From assembly GCA_963700055.1 (NCBI GenBank), contig CAVOWH010000004.1, forward strand, positions 369,468 through 433,467: a stretch of 64,000 nt of DNA, in the 5' to 3' direction. Source of the stretch: an uncultured delta proteobacterium (GTDB lineage: Bacteria; Desulfobacterota; Desulfobacteria; Desulfobacterales; SpSt-501). The notes below the pieces were generated by a model. That model made no database searches, was not told the origin of the DNA, and was given only the letters and a program-made list of their open reading frames with translations. The position numbers and the translations under genes were made by a program. Shown one piece after another: positions 16,966-28,366 of this stretch; position 1 is the first letter of the stretch, and each line of letters opens with the position of its first letter.

Positions 16966-17443
16966 GCAGCGTCCCTTTGGCGCGATCGAACTCTTCGCGG
17001 GTGATGAGGTCTTTCTCGTACAGCTGGGCCAGATAGGCCAGCTCGCGCAGCCGCTGGGTTTCCGGATCCTCGAGCAGGGGGGGGGCGGAAGGAGCCGCGA
17101 GCTCGGCGATGGATGCGGCCGCCGGCCGCGCGAATTTGACCGATGCCAGCCCGCCCAGAAAGCGGACTTCGAGCGTACTGCCCGAAGGCACCGTCACCCC
17201 ATGCAGGTCGCGCATCAGGTTGCGGCCCTGGGCTTTCAGCTGGCGGTAGACGAAGAAGGCGCCAGCCGCGGTCAGGCCGAGCCCCCCCAAGAAAATCCAG
17301 GCCCAGTAGCGCGCGATGCCGCCAAAGAAGATCACGATGAGCCCGATCAGGCAGATGAGGACGACGTGCAGGCCCAGGATCATATGAGCCAGCAAGACGC
17401 CTTGGAATAATTCCCAGCCGGGTTTTTCAGGCTTCATTTTCAT
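16916..17443 (-). CDS. membrane protein with C-terminal SHOCT domain
   Basis: Two N-terminal TM helices. The C-terminus LAQLYEKDLITREEFDRAKGTLL matches the SHOCT pattern. Confidence 0.65.
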   Translation of the reverse strand: MKMKPEKPGWELFQGVLLAHMILGLHVVLICLIGLIVIFFGGIARYWAWIFLGGLGLTAAGAFFVYRQLKAQGRNLMRDLHGVTVPSGSTLEVRFLGGLASVKFARPAAASIAELAAPSAPPLLEDPETQRLRELAYLAQLYEKDLITREEFDRAKGTLLSSAHRAGFGPGTLKN

Positions 17444-17575
17444 CGAATGGATACACCCGCAGGGCGCGATCCCCTGGCCGGGTGATAGTTGCCGTCGGGC
17501 CGCAAAAACCGCTCAGGGCACGAATGATACTAACTCAATCCGCCGGATTTGTCACCACCGGCGTTGTGACCAGGG

Positions 17576-18877
17576 ATGACACCCATGCGATATCCGGCCT
17601 TCATCGAAGCTGATCTCGATTTCCCGGAATTTTACCTCGTCCGCATGAACTTCAGCCGCCAGACGATCGACGACGTGGCGGCGGCGGTCAGCCGTGAACT
17701 TGACCGCCTGCTCCCTCAGAGTGGAATCCGCGCCGGCGATCGAGTGGCCGTGGGGGTGGGCAGCCGGGGGATCGACCAGTTGGAGATCATTGTTCGCACG
17801 GTGTGTGCGCGGCTGCGGCAGGCGGGCGCCCGACCGGTGATCCTCCCCGCCATGGGCAGTCATGGGGGTGCCACGGCCGAGGGCCAGACTGCTGTCCTGC
17901 GGCGGCTGAACGTGAGCGAGGCGTCCTGCGGCGCGCCGGTCGTCTCTACGATGGAGGTCGAGCAGGTCGGCACCGTGTTCGGCGAAGTGCCGGTGTACTT
18001 CAGCCGTGACGCCCTGGCGATGGAACACTCCATCGTTATCAATCGCGTCAAACCCCATACCAAGTTCATCGGCCCGGCCGAGAGCGGGATCCTGAAGATG
18101 TTGTGCGTCGGCATGGGCAAGCACCGCGGAGCCATCGCCTATCATACCTGGGCCATGAAGCACGGCTTCTTCGCTCTTTGCAAGGCCATGGGGCAGGCGA
18201 TCGCCGCAGCCGCCAATTTCCGTTTTGCACTGGCTGTCGTGGAAAATGCTTGCGACCGCACGCTGGCCGTCGCCGGGGTTCCGGCCGCGCGGATCCTGGA
18301 AGAGGAAACCCGCCTGAACACGCTGGCCAAGGCCCACATTCCGCGGCTGCCGTTCCGAGAGCTGGATGCCCTGGTGGTAGGTCAGATCGGCAAGGAAATC
18401 AGCGGCGCCGGCATGGACCCGAACGTGACCGGCCGGGCCTTCGATCTGATGGAAAGCGACTTCTCCGGGATTCTCAAGGTCAAACGCGTTGCGGTGTTAA
18501 ACCTGTCCGCCAAAACGGCCGGCAATGCCATCGGACTGGGAAATGCCGACATCATCACGGAGAAGGTCTTTCAGGCACTGGATTATGAGGCTACCCTCAT
18601 GAACGCCCTCACCAGCCTCTCGCTGCGCAAGGCCTTCATCCCCGTGCGGATGCCGAATGACCGCAAGGCGATTCAGGCCTGCTTCGCCACGATCGGGCCC
18701 GTGCCGGCGGCCGCGGTGCGGGCGGTGGTGATCCGCGATACCATGCACCTGTCCGACTTCTGGGCCAGCCGGGCCTTGCGGGAGGAGATCGATGAGATGG
18801 CCGCTGCCGAAATCGTCGTCGCCGCGCCGTTGAGCTTCGATGCGGACGGCAACCTGTGCATGCCCGCCGGAGCGTAA
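17576..18877 (+). CDS. DUF2088 / LarA-N-terminal-like domain protein
   Basis: 433 aa. GSRGI...ILPAMGSHGGAT..GQ...L and VKPHT.F.GP.ESGILKM resemble the lactate-racemase-like DUF2088 family. Assignment is from memory of the family pattern only. Confidence 0.55.
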   Translation: MTPMRYPAFIEADLDFPEFYLVRMNFSRQTIDDVAAAVSRELDRLLPQSGIRAGDRVAVGVGSRGIDQLEIIVRTVCARLRQAGARPVILPAMGSHGGATAEGQTAVLRRLNVSEASCGAPVVSTMEVEQVGTVFGEVPVYFSRDALAMEHSIVINRVKPHTKFIGPAESGILKMLCVGMGKHRGAIAYHTWAMKHGFFALCKAMGQAIAAAANFRFALAVVENACDRTLAVAGVPAARILEEETRLNTLAKAHIPRLPFRELDALVVGQIGKEISGAGMDPNVTGRAFDLMESDFSGILKVKRVAVLNLSAKTAGNAIGLGNADIITEKVFQALDYEATLMNALTSLSLRKAFIPVRMPNDRKAIQACFATIGPVPAAAVRAVVIRDTMHLSDFWASRALREEIDEMAAAEIVVAAPLSFDADGNLCMPAGA

Positions 18878-18910
18878 GAAAATTCCGGGCCGCTGCGGGA
18901 GCGCATGGTG

Positions 18911-19489
18911 CTAGTAGTTAAAAAGCTCCAAGAGCTCGACCGCTTCTTTCTGCCGGATGGGGCTGAGAGGAAAGAGCGGCTCGGGCGGCTCCTCGTCCAT
19001 CTCTTTCTGCATTTCGGCGTTGGCCCGGGCGGCCAGGGGCATGTAGTAGAAGGAGAGCTTCATCGCCCCTGAGGTCCCGGCGTACTTCATTTTGATACGG
19101 GTGTCACCGACCATCCAGGAATGGGTGGTCAGCGCGCCGCGCGACTCCATGCTGATCTTGGGGATTCCGAAGCGCTGCTGGATGCGCTGCTTGATGGCGC
19201 TGTAGGTGTCGATGGCCTCCAGGCCGGTGTACACCGCGAAGAACTTCTCGTCATAGAAGCCGTAGACCAGGTTCGTCACCTGGGCATCGAAAAGGGTGTA
19301 GGCCTGTTTCGGATGCACGTAATAAGCGATCTTGCCGCTGCCGCCCACGCGGACATGCTCCGAGAATTCGGAAAGCGGCGCGCCCCACGGCTTGTTGAGG
19401 AACTCCTTGTCGAGATCCGCCGCCTGCGAGACGCCACAGCATAAAAACAACCATGTCAGGATTACAGGGAAATATGCTCCGGCTTTCAT
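18911..19489 (-). CDS. secreted hypothetical protein
   Basis: 192 aa with an N-terminal signal peptide (MKAGAYFPVILTWLFLCCGVSQA). Confidence 0.55.
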   Translation of the reverse strand: MKAGAYFPVILTWLFLCCGVSQAADLDKEFLNKPWGAPLSEFSEHVRVGGSGKIAYYVHPKQAYTLFDAQVTNLVYGFYDEKFFAVYTGLEAIDTYSAIKQRIQQRFGIPKISMESRGALTTHSWMVGDTRIKMKYAGTSGAMKLSFYYMPLAARANAEMQKEMDEEPPEPLFPLSPIRQKEAVELLELFNY

Positions 19490-19506
19490 GGATTCGTCTC
19501 CTATTG

Positions 19507-20436
19507 TCAGTAGCCCCGCGTTAAGTCGACGACGTGCTGTGGGGGCTGCCCCGCGCGCACGCGGTGGTAGTTCGCGATGATCTGGGGGGCCACGTCCCTG
19601 GGGAAGGTGAGGCTGGCGATATGCGGAGTGATGGTCACCTGCGGGTGGCGCCAGAACGGATGCGATTCGGGCAGCGGCTCCTGTCGGAGGACATCGAGGC
19701 AGGCCCCTGACAGGTGGCCGCTTTCGAGGGACGCGAGCAGATCTTCCTCGACCAGGTGCTCCCCGCGGGCCACATTGATCACGTAGGCTCCAGCCGGAAG
19801 CATGGATAGCGTCCGGCGGTTTATAATCCCCTGGGTCGCCGGAGTGAGCGGCAGCAGGCAGATCAGAATGTCCGCATGGGATAGAAATTCTTCCAAGCCT
19901 TCATCCCCCGCGAAGCCGGTGACCCCAGCGATCGTTTTTGCACGGCGGCTCCAGCCGAACACCGGAAATCCCAACGAGCGGAGCTTCTGAGCGGCATCCG
20001 ACCCCAGATGCCCCAGCCCCATGATACCCACCCGCACTTCCTGCGGATGCTTCGGTATGCGCGGTGTCCATTTCTTCTGCGCCTGGTCCTGGCGGTACAG
20101 ATCGAACTGGCGGGTGTAATTGAGCACCGCCGTGAGGACATACGCGCTCATCGCCGCGACCATTCCGGCATCGACGATGCGGGTGACCGGCACGCCGGCC
20201 GGCAGATCCGGGTCCCGCAAGACATGGTCGACGCCGAATCCCAGCGAGGCGATGCACTTGAGCCGCGGAAACTTTTTCATTGCGCCGAGCGGGTGTTTCC
20301 AGCTGAGCACGAACAGCACTTCGTCCGGAGGTCCCACGTCGGGCCATACCCGCAGGTCCACATCGGGGTCCTGGCGGCGAAGCTGTTTGACCCAGGATTG
20401 CGCGTTGAGTTTCGGTGCCAGGAAAAGCAGGCTCAT
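19507..20436 (-). CDS. D-2-hydroxyacid dehydrogenase (glyoxylate/hydroxypyruvate reductase A-like)
   Basis: NAD-binding GIMGLGHLGSDAA and the catalytic-region motifs ARGEHLVEEDL and PHIAS. Confidence 0.8.
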   Translation of the reverse strand: MSLLFLAPKLNAQSWVKQLRRQDPDVDLRVWPDVGPPDEVLFVLSWKHPLGAMKKFPRLKCIASLGFGVDHVLRDPDLPAGVPVTRIVDAGMVAAMSAYVLTAVLNYTRQFDLYRQDQAQKKWTPRIPKHPQEVRVGIMGLGHLGSDAAQKLRSLGFPVFGWSRRAKTIAGVTGFAGDEGLEEFLSHADILICLLPLTPATQGIINRRTLSMLPAGAYVINVARGEHLVEEDLLASLESGHLSGACLDVLRQEPLPESHPFWRHPQVTITPHIASLTFPRDVAPQIIANYHRVRAGQPPQHVVDLTRGY

Positions 20437-20600
20437 TTCAGTCTGATCGTCTCCGCTGGCGAAGTGCACCCAGGAAACGCGAAAAAGGGGATCTCTGCAG
20501 CGCCATGACCCAACAGCGCCGCATGGATTCGCTGCCTGTCGGCTTTATAACACGGAAGGCACGCCGGGGCAAAGGAAGATTCGGTTGTGCGCCACAAAGG

Positions 20601-21698
20601 TCACACGATCCGGGTATCTCCGTGCTTCCAGTCCACCAGGCGGTGCAGCAGACCAGCCTGCTTCATTTCATCGCGCAGGTGCTGCGGCGGTAGGTGCACG
20701 GGTTCATCGCCGAGTTGGAAGGTGCCCCAATGCATGATCATCAGCTGCTTGGCGTTCAGCTCCCGGAAGGCCTGCACGGTCTCGCGCGGGTCGATATGGC
20801 TTTGCGCCATGAACCAGCGCGGCTCGTAGGCTCCCAGGTTGAATATCGCCAGGTCGATCTCGAATTCGTTCCCGATCTGGTCGAACCCGTCGAAATAAGC
20901 CGTGTCGCCGGAAATGTAGAGCGTGGGGCCGGTGGCGGTGCGGATCAGATAGGACCCCCACAGGCCCAGGTTCGGCCCGGCCACCGGATTTCGCATCGTC
21001 CAGTGGTTGCACGGCAGGAGGAGGATCTCGCGCTCTCCGTCCCGGAAGCTCTCGTACCAGTCGAGGGTGGTGCGGCGGCGCAGACCCACCTCATCCAGGA
21101 GGTCGGCATATCCCGGTGGAGAGATGATGTGAGTGTCGGAGGGCAGCTGGGCCAGTGAAGATGTGTCGAGGTGGTCGTAGTGGCCGTGGGTGAGGAGCAC
21201 ATGTTCGGGCGCTGGCATTTGGGACGGAGCGAAGTTCAACGGCGTAAAATCGCGCATGAACCAGAAGGGGCTCGAGAACACGGGATCGATCAGCAGCCGG
21301 CTGCCCGCGTCTTGGATCATCAGGCTGGCATGCTTGAGGTAGGTGAGGGAAAGCGCCCCCGGCCGACGGAGCGGTTCCCAATCGATGGACACGGGCATCA
21401 CCGGCTGCTGGTCCAGGACGTGCTCGAAACGGTTGCGATGAAACAGCTTCCAGGACAGGACCTTGAGCAGGCGCCCCGATCGATCGAATCCGAACGGGTT
21501 GAGAAAGCGGCCGTCACCATGGTGCTCCCTGCGGCGGGCGATCTCCCGCAGGCTCCTTCCATTGAGGGGCTTATAGTGAATCGGCGGGGCTTCTTTGACC
21601 TCCCCGACAGAGGCATAGGCCCATGGCGGCAATGCGCTCGCCGCAAGCGAAGCCTTCATCAGGGTGAAAAACGTATTTAGAAATCGACGCCGGTTCAT
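20601..21698 (-). CDS. MBL-fold metallo-hydrolase with Tat signal (NAPE-PLD-like)
   Basis: Start at MNRRRFLNTFF (twin-arginine signal). Metal motif LLTHGHYDHLD. Confidence 0.75.
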   Translation of the reverse strand: MNRRRFLNTFFTLMKASLAASALPPWAYASVGEVKEAPPIHYKPLNGRSLREIARRREHHGDGRFLNPFGFDRSGRLLKVLSWKLFHRNRFEHVLDQQPVMPVSIDWEPLRRPGALSLTYLKHASLMIQDAGSRLLIDPVFSSPFWFMRDFTPLNFAPSQMPAPEHVLLTHGHYDHLDTSSLAQLPSDTHIISPPGYADLLDEVGLRRRTTLDWYESFRDGEREILLLPCNHWTMRNPVAGPNLGLWGSYLIRTATGPTLYISGDTAYFDGFDQIGNEFEIDLAIFNLGAYEPRWFMAQSHIDPRETVQAFRELNAKQLMIMHWGTFQLGDEPVHLPPQHLRDEMKQAGLLHRLVDWKHGDTRIV

Positions 21699-21874
21699 CG
21701 TTGCCAACTCGGTTTGAGAGGATAGCGGAATCCGCACCGCGGCCTTCGATGCTCCATGATAAGCATTTCGGATGAAATGCCAAGCGGGGCCGAAGCCCCG
21801 CCTGCAAGTGGATCATGCCCGAAACCAAAATGCTTTCTGATACGAAATCGCCGCCGCGTTGCGCGGCGATTTCA

Positions 21875-22660
21875 TCACCATTCGGAGGTGAGTTTCCGGG
21901 AGAGTTTATTCCAGTTGGCGCTCAGCTTAGTGACCGCGTCGATCCCGATGTCCAGGTGGGTGTCCATGAACTTGGAATAAATTTCTTCGGATAGCTTTTT
22001 GTCCTTGATCCCCCGGCGCTTGAGCGGCATGTCGGACACGAGCATGATGGAGCCGATCGGGACCTCGTAGCGGTAGGCGACGGTGAAGATCGTGGCCAGT
22101 TCCATTTCGATGGCGAGAATCCGGCGGCGGCGGAGATAGTCGACGAACTCCTCGTCGAATTCCCACAGCCGGCGGTCGGTGGTGTAGACGATGCCGCAAT
22201 AGGGAGTGAGGCCAAGCTTGCGCACGGCGCCGATGCAGTACAAATTGACGGCAGAAGCGGGGATGGCCGGAAACTCGGGCGGCATGTAGTGGCGGCTGGT
22301 GCCTTCCCCGCGGATGGCGGCGGACGGCACCAGGAAATCGCCCGTATTCAGAATGTCGTCGATCCCGCCGCACATGCCCAGCATGATGACAGATTTCAGG
22401 TTGTCGAGATAGGCCAGGCAATTGATCACCAGGGCCGCCTGGGGAGAGCCGATTCCGAAATCGATCATGCTGCAGTTGATGTCCCTGGCGTTGACGATCC
22501 GGAAGTTTCCCTCGGAGAGCTGGCCCTGGGTTTTTTCATGGAAGCGCGTGAGATATCGCCTGAAATTGGTGATGAGGATGCAGTCGCAGATTTGGTCCAG
22601 CGAGCAATTGGTGTAGCGCTCCAGCGTCTGGCGAACGTATTCATGCTCTTTGAGTGACAT
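21875..22660 (-). CDS. nucleoside phosphorylase-I family protein (short AMP nucleosidase-like)
   Basis: 261 aa. MLGMCGG, AIRGEGTS.HY and AIEMELATIF are typical of PNP/UDP_1 and AMP nucleosidase catalytic domains. Confidence 0.7.
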   Translation of the reverse strand: MSLKEHEYVRQTLERYTNCSLDQICDCILITNFRRYLTRFHEKTQGQLSEGNFRIVNARDINCSMIDFGIGSPQAALVINCLAYLDNLKSVIMLGMCGGIDDILNTGDFLVPSAAIRGEGTSRHYMPPEFPAIPASAVNLYCIGAVRKLGLTPYCGIVYTTDRRLWEFDEEFVDYLRRRRILAIEMELATIFTVAYRYEVPIGSIMLVSDMPLKRRGIKDKKLSEEIYSKFMDTHLDIGIDAVTKLSANWNKLSRKLTSEW

Positions 22661-22690
22661 GCTCTTCTCCCTCGGCGGCCCTGGCCGAAT

Positions 22691-23593
22691 TCACCCTTGT
22701 GCGGGATACTTGCGGGCCAGCCGCTCCAGCTCCGCCAAATACTGTTTTTGGTAGGCCAGGCCTGTCTGGCTGCGGAGATCCCTGGCGGTGCCCGCGATCA
22801 GCGGTCGGATGTCGATCCCGTTCGGATTCATTTTCTGGTCGTTGGCCCGGTCCAGGACCTGGATGCAGTAATAAGTGGACAACAGCCGGATCTTGGAGTC
22901 GCGCCGCAGGAGATAGCTTCGGCCTCCGAAGGTGTCCACCAGAAAGCTGGCACAGGCGTACATCGTCTTGAGCGAGGGTTTACCCCGCAGCGTATCCAGG
23001 GGTCCCGTGTACCACTGGAAGAACACCCGCATGGCGGACTCCATAATCTCCGGTTCTCTTTTGAGGATCTCAGCCGCCAGTTGGACGCGTTTTCGGCCCA
23101 TGGCTCTGAAAAAGTAAGAGACATTTTTCAGCATCTCGTAGAGAGACTCGGTTTCGCCCGCCACCTTCGGCGGGTGGGCCGACAGCGCTTCCGCCGCCTG
23201 CACGTATTCGTCATATACCCCGCCCGGCAGCTCGTAGGCCTTCACGTAGTCCCGGCTGTCGAGATAAGTGAAGAACGCCTTCACCCGCCGCTCGATTTCC
23301 TCGGCGGGCATAAGCTTTTCCCGCGCCGGAGGTTCGGCGGCTGGCGGCCCGAAGACCTCCGCGATCTTTTCCTCCAGAGGCGCTTCACCGCGCGCGGCTT
23401 TCAGTTCTTGCTCCAAATCCGTGAGCTTCTGGGTCAGAACTTCGGTCCGCTGCTGCCACTCCTGACTCTCCTGCTGGCGTGCGGTTTCGATGCGGGTGGC
23501 ATACCAATCCTTCAACAGGATCCAGAGGAAAACACCGATGATCATCAACACCAAGACCACCATGACCGGTTGGTAATTGCGTTCCGCTTTCAT
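22691..23593 (-). CDS. membrane-anchored coiled-coil hypothetical protein
   Basis: 300 aa. One N-terminal TM helix followed by a heptad-like charged region. No family recognised. Confidence 0.5.
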   Translation of the reverse strand: MKAERNYQPVMVVLVLMIIGVFLWILLKDWYATRIETARQQESQEWQQRTEVLTQKLTDLEQELKAARGEAPLEEKIAEVFGPPAAEPPAREKLMPAEEIERRVKAFFTYLDSRDYVKAYELPGGVYDEYVQAAEALSAHPPKVAGETESLYEMLKNVSYFFRAMGRKRVQLAAEILKREPEIMESAMRVFFQWYTGPLDTLRGKPSLKTMYACASFLVDTFGGRSYLLRRDSKIRLLSTYYCIQVLDRANDQKMNPNGIDIRPLIAGTARDLRSQTGLAYQKQYLAELERLARKYPAQG

Positions 23594-23633
23594 GCGCCAC
23601 CTCCTCTGTTAAGAACCTGCCGTTTCTGAATCC

Positions 23634-24602
23634 TCACCGTTGGCAATCCTCCGGGAGCGCTTCCTCGGGGGGTTCCACATGTACGATGACATCGACGATC
23701 TCCTCGATTTCGTCAATGAGCCGGGACTCGACTTCCTTGGCGATGTCGTGGCCTTCGCGGACGGTGAGGCCGCCGTCGACGATGATGTGCAAGTCGGCCT
23801 GGATGCTCGTGCCGATATAGCGCGTGCGGATGTCGTGGACCTGGAGAACGCCGCGGTTGGTGCAGGCGATGTCCCGTATCCGGCGGCGAACCTCGGCGGG
23901 GGCCCCTGCGTCGATGAGCTCCTTGAGGCTCGGCCAGGTAATCTTGAATGCCGCGTGCAGGATGAACATCGAGACCACCACGGCGCCCAGGTGATCGAGA
24001 AACGTCCAGGATGGAAGCAGGATGGCGCCGGTCACGGCAATGACCACCGGTATGGAGCTGAAGGCGTCCGAACGATAGTGCCAGGCGGTGGCGATCACCG
24101 CAACGCTTTTGATCCGGCGTCCGATCCCCAGCGTCCAGCGGTAGAGGATCTCCTTGCCGATGACGGAGACCAGGGCCGCAGCGGCGGCGATCCAACCCGG
24201 CGGCGTCGCGTGCTGCTCATGCAGGGTTGAAATCGACTCCCATCCTATCCCGAAAGCAGCCCCCACCAGCGACAGGCCGATGCATACCGCCACCAGGGTT
24301 TCCATCCGCCCGTGTCCGAACGGATGGGTGTCGTCCGGGGGGCGGGACCAGAACCGCGATCCGGCATACACCAGGACGACGGTGAACACATCCAGAAGCG
24401 CTTCGATGCCATCGGCGATAACCGCCCGGCTGTCGCCGTAAATGCCGGCCGCCAGCTTGAAGATCGCCAGCACGAGATTGATCGCGATTCCAATCCAGGT
24501 GACCTTCCGGATCAGCTGCTCCGGCAGGGCATGGAATTGCGGCGAACCCACATCATTAATCCGCAGACGATCCATCATCAGGCCTCTTGAATGCGCGGGC
24601 AT
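23634..24602 (-). CDS. cation diffusion facilitator (CDF) family metal efflux transporter
   Basis: 322 aa. Six TM segments and a C-terminal cytoplasmic domain. Motifs AVIADGIEALLD and HYRSDAFSS. Confidence 0.85.
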   Translation of the reverse strand: MPAHSRGLMMDRLRINDVGSPQFHALPEQLIRKVTWIGIAINLVLAIFKLAAGIYGDSRAVIADGIEALLDVFTVVLVYAGSRFWSRPPDDTHPFGHGRMETLVAVCIGLSLVGAAFGIGWESISTLHEQHATPPGWIAAAAALVSVIGKEILYRWTLGIGRRIKSVAVIATAWHYRSDAFSSIPVVIAVTGAILLPSWTFLDHLGAVVVSMFILHAAFKITWPSLKELIDAGAPAEVRRRIRDIACTNRGVLQVHDIRTRYIGTSIQADLHIIVDGGLTVREGHDIAKEVESRLIDEIEEIVDVIVHVEPPEEALPEDCQR

Positions 24603-24862
24603 TTTTATTGTTTCCTGAATTGATCGATTTGGTGCGCCGTGAAGTATGGAGCCCGATCATAGGAATCGCTCAACTCAAGTGTTTACTATAACCGACGTTC
24701 TTCGTTGCTTCAATGCTTTTCGGCCTTGCCAACGGCCGCCGGCGCCGCACGCTTGACACTGCATGGCTTCTATTGTAGCACCGAAGCCAGGCGGCGGGTT
24801 TCCCGCCGCGCGGCGATTGCATCGGCAGCCAAGAGCGCACGAAAATGGAGCAGCGGCCGGGA

Positions 24863-25342
24863 ATGCGGATTTCTTTGATTGTCGCCATGGCCGAGAACCG
24901 GGTCATCGGCCGGGGCGGGACGATCCCCTGGAAAATTCCAGGGGAGCAGAAGATCTTCCGGCGCATCACTCGGGGCCACACCCTGATCATGGGGCGCAAG
25001 ACCCATGAGGACATCGGGCGGCCGCTGCCCGACCGCCTCAACATCGTCATCAGCCGGCGTCCAGGGTATGCGCCGGCAGGGTGCCTGAAGGCGGACAGCC
25101 TGGAGAACGCCTTGGCGCTTTGCCCGCCGGAGGAAACCGAGGCGTTCATCATCGGCGGGGGGGGGCTGTTCCGGGAATCCATGCCCCTTGCCGATCGCAT
25201 CTACCTCACGGTGGTTCCGGTGTCGGTGGCAGGCGATACGTTTTTCCCCGAGATTCCGGAGACGTTTGCGGTCGCTTCCAGTGAATCCATGGCGGGTCCG
25301 CCGCCATACGTCCTGCACATCTACGAGCGGGTTTGCTGCTGA
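24863..25342 (+). CDS. folA: dihydrofolate reductase
   Basis: MRISLIVAMAENRVIGRGGTIPWKIPGEQKIFRRIT.GHTLIMGRKT is a canonical DHFR N-terminus. Confidence 0.85.
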   Translation: MRISLIVAMAENRVIGRGGTIPWKIPGEQKIFRRITRGHTLIMGRKTHEDIGRPLPDRLNIVISRRPGYAPAGCLKADSLENALALCPPEETEAFIIGGGGLFRESMPLADRIYLTVVPVSVAGDTFFPEIPETFAVASSESMAGPPPYVLHIYERVCC

Positions 25343-25514
25343 CTTTCACGGGAAGTCGATTCCAAAACCCCCTTAGTCCTCTTTGGCAAGAGGGAAAAGG
25401 GTTGCAGTGGTGCCGATCGATTTCGTCAGCGCGAGGAGGGCGCGGCGCCCCAGCCAGTTCAGCAAGCTTCATGAAAGGAAACCCGTGCATCCGGAAGAAG
25501 CCAAAATCTACCAC

Positions 25515-26933
<1,419 letters not shown>

Positions 26934-26990
26934 GCGCGGACACTCGACGTGAACGTGTCTGTCCGTTTCGAACCGGAGGAGTTGAATTCA

Positions 26991-27482
26991 ATGACCACGA
27001 CCCCATCCGCCCACGGCTGGAACCCGGATTTGCCGCTGTCCCTGCCGGACAAGCTCAAGGAGGACCTGAAACTGGCGCTGCGCTCCAAGCAAGATGGGTT
27101 GAAGAACACGATCCGCCAGATCATGTCGGAGTTCTTCCGGCTGACGGTGCCGGTCACCCTGGAAGGCGGCAAGAAATCCACGCGGCCCAAGAAGCCCGAG
27201 GAGATCACCAACGAGGATGTCATCGGGATCATCCAGGGCCTGATCAAGTCCGAACGCATCGTGCTCGAAGCCAAGAAGGAGGCCACTTCCGAATACCTTC
27301 AGATCCTTGAAGCCTACCTGCCCCGGCAGGTGTCGCGGGAGGAGATCGCTGCCTGGATCAAGGCCAATCTCGACCTTGGGCAGTATAAAAATAAAATGCA
27401 GGCGATGGGCGTTATCATGAAACACTTCGGAAAGACCGCCGACGGCAAGCTCGTCAACCAGATCCTGAAGGACGGATTCTGA
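26991..27482 (+). CDS. GatB/YqeY domain protein
   Basis: ATG at 26991 with a GGAGGAG SD. LE.YLP.Q.S.EEI..WI and KNKMQAMGVIMKHFGKTADGKLVNQILK match the YqeY pattern. Confidence 0.7.
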   Translation: MTTTPSAHGWNPDLPLSLPDKLKEDLKLALRSKQDGLKNTIRQIMSEFFRLTVPVTLEGGKKSTRPKKPEEITNEDVIGIIQGLIKSERIVLEAKKEATSEYLQILEAYLPRQVSREEIAAWIKANLDLGQYKNKMQAMGVIMKHFGKTADGKLVNQILKDGF

Positions 27483-27617
27483 GCCCGCGGCCGAAGAGAA
27501 GACCGCATGCGTCCCGCCGCGGCAGCAAATTTCTTCTGAGGCGTCTGGACAAACTGCGGCCAAACGACTAAGATGGCCGTCGGTTGCGATCCCAACGCGG
27601 GCAAGAAAGGCAGCGTA

Positions 27618-28016
27618 ATGATCTACATCGGCAAATTCCTTTACACCACCAACCAGCAGGCGAAGGATGAGGCCCAACGGCGTCACGGCGAATTCAATCT
27701 GCTCATTTCCGCCAAGGACAAGAACGCCGCTGTTGAAAATTTCAAGCAGCGCATCGACGACGCCCGAACAACGACCGGTTTCTTTGAGGGGGATTCCTAC
27801 GTATACATGTTGCACATCCTGGAGATGAAGGAGATGCCCGCGGACCGCGCCAAGATGTTCAACTTCCAGTCCGTGGCCGGCGATCCCGTCATGCCGTTCA
27901 TCAGTTGTCAGGCGCCCTCCGGCGAAGGCGACGGATGCCGGATTCTAAATTGGCAGAAAAACAGGCCCGGAGTCGACGGTCAGGCCGCCACGCCATTCAT
28001 GCAGTTCAGCACATGA
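27618..28016 (+). CDS. hypothetical protein
   Basis: ORF from MIYIGKF. No recognisable family. Confidence 0.4.
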   Translation: MIYIGKFLYTTNQQAKDEAQRRHGEFNLLISAKDKNAAVENFKQRIDDARTTTGFFEGDSYVYMLHILEMKEMPADRAKMFNFQSVAGDPVMPFISCQAPSGEGDGCRILNWQKNRPGVDGQAATPFMQFST

Positions 28017-28241
28017 GTGTAAGAGCAACCTGTTTACATATACGCAACCGTTAATTTACATACGTTAACTCGTATTAGCATTTTTGCATTTTCATCCGCG
28101 CCCACGGCTGATCGTTTTTTGATATCCCCCACTTCGCCCGTCGTTGAGACTTAAATTTTAATAATTTTAATAGATAGTTGAATGACGTTTTGCGTTGCGG
28201 AGAGCCGCACCTTGCGGCCTGCCCATCAGCTTCTATACAAC

Positions 28242-28256
28242 TGGTATGCTCCTTGC
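28242..28256 (+). promoter_or_regulatory. candidate sigma-54 (-24/-12) promoter TGGTAT-N5-TTGC upstream of the octahaem cytochrome
   Basis: TGG at 28242-28244 and TTGC at 28253-28256 have canonical spacing. The site is about 110 nt before the ATG at 28367. A palindrome TGCGG-AGAG-CCGCA lies at 28196-28209 upstream. Confidence 0.4.
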
Positions 28257-28366
28257 TCACCCATCTTACGGCACGGCTCGGTGGTTTAGGTCGGCTGCCT
28301 CCAGTCATGCAATTTATTCATCAACTGCAGATCGGTTGACCATTATATCCATTATCGGAGGGTAGC

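Noticed and set aside
17076-17084. G9 homopolymers might be phase-variation switches (17076-17084 in the SHOCT gene, 25157-25165 in folA, and a C-run near 62985 in the peroxidase gene).
   Set aside because: The same kind of tract sits in essential folA, where it encodes Gly-Gly-Gly. These runs look like ordinary Gly/Pro codon strings in a GC-rich genome.
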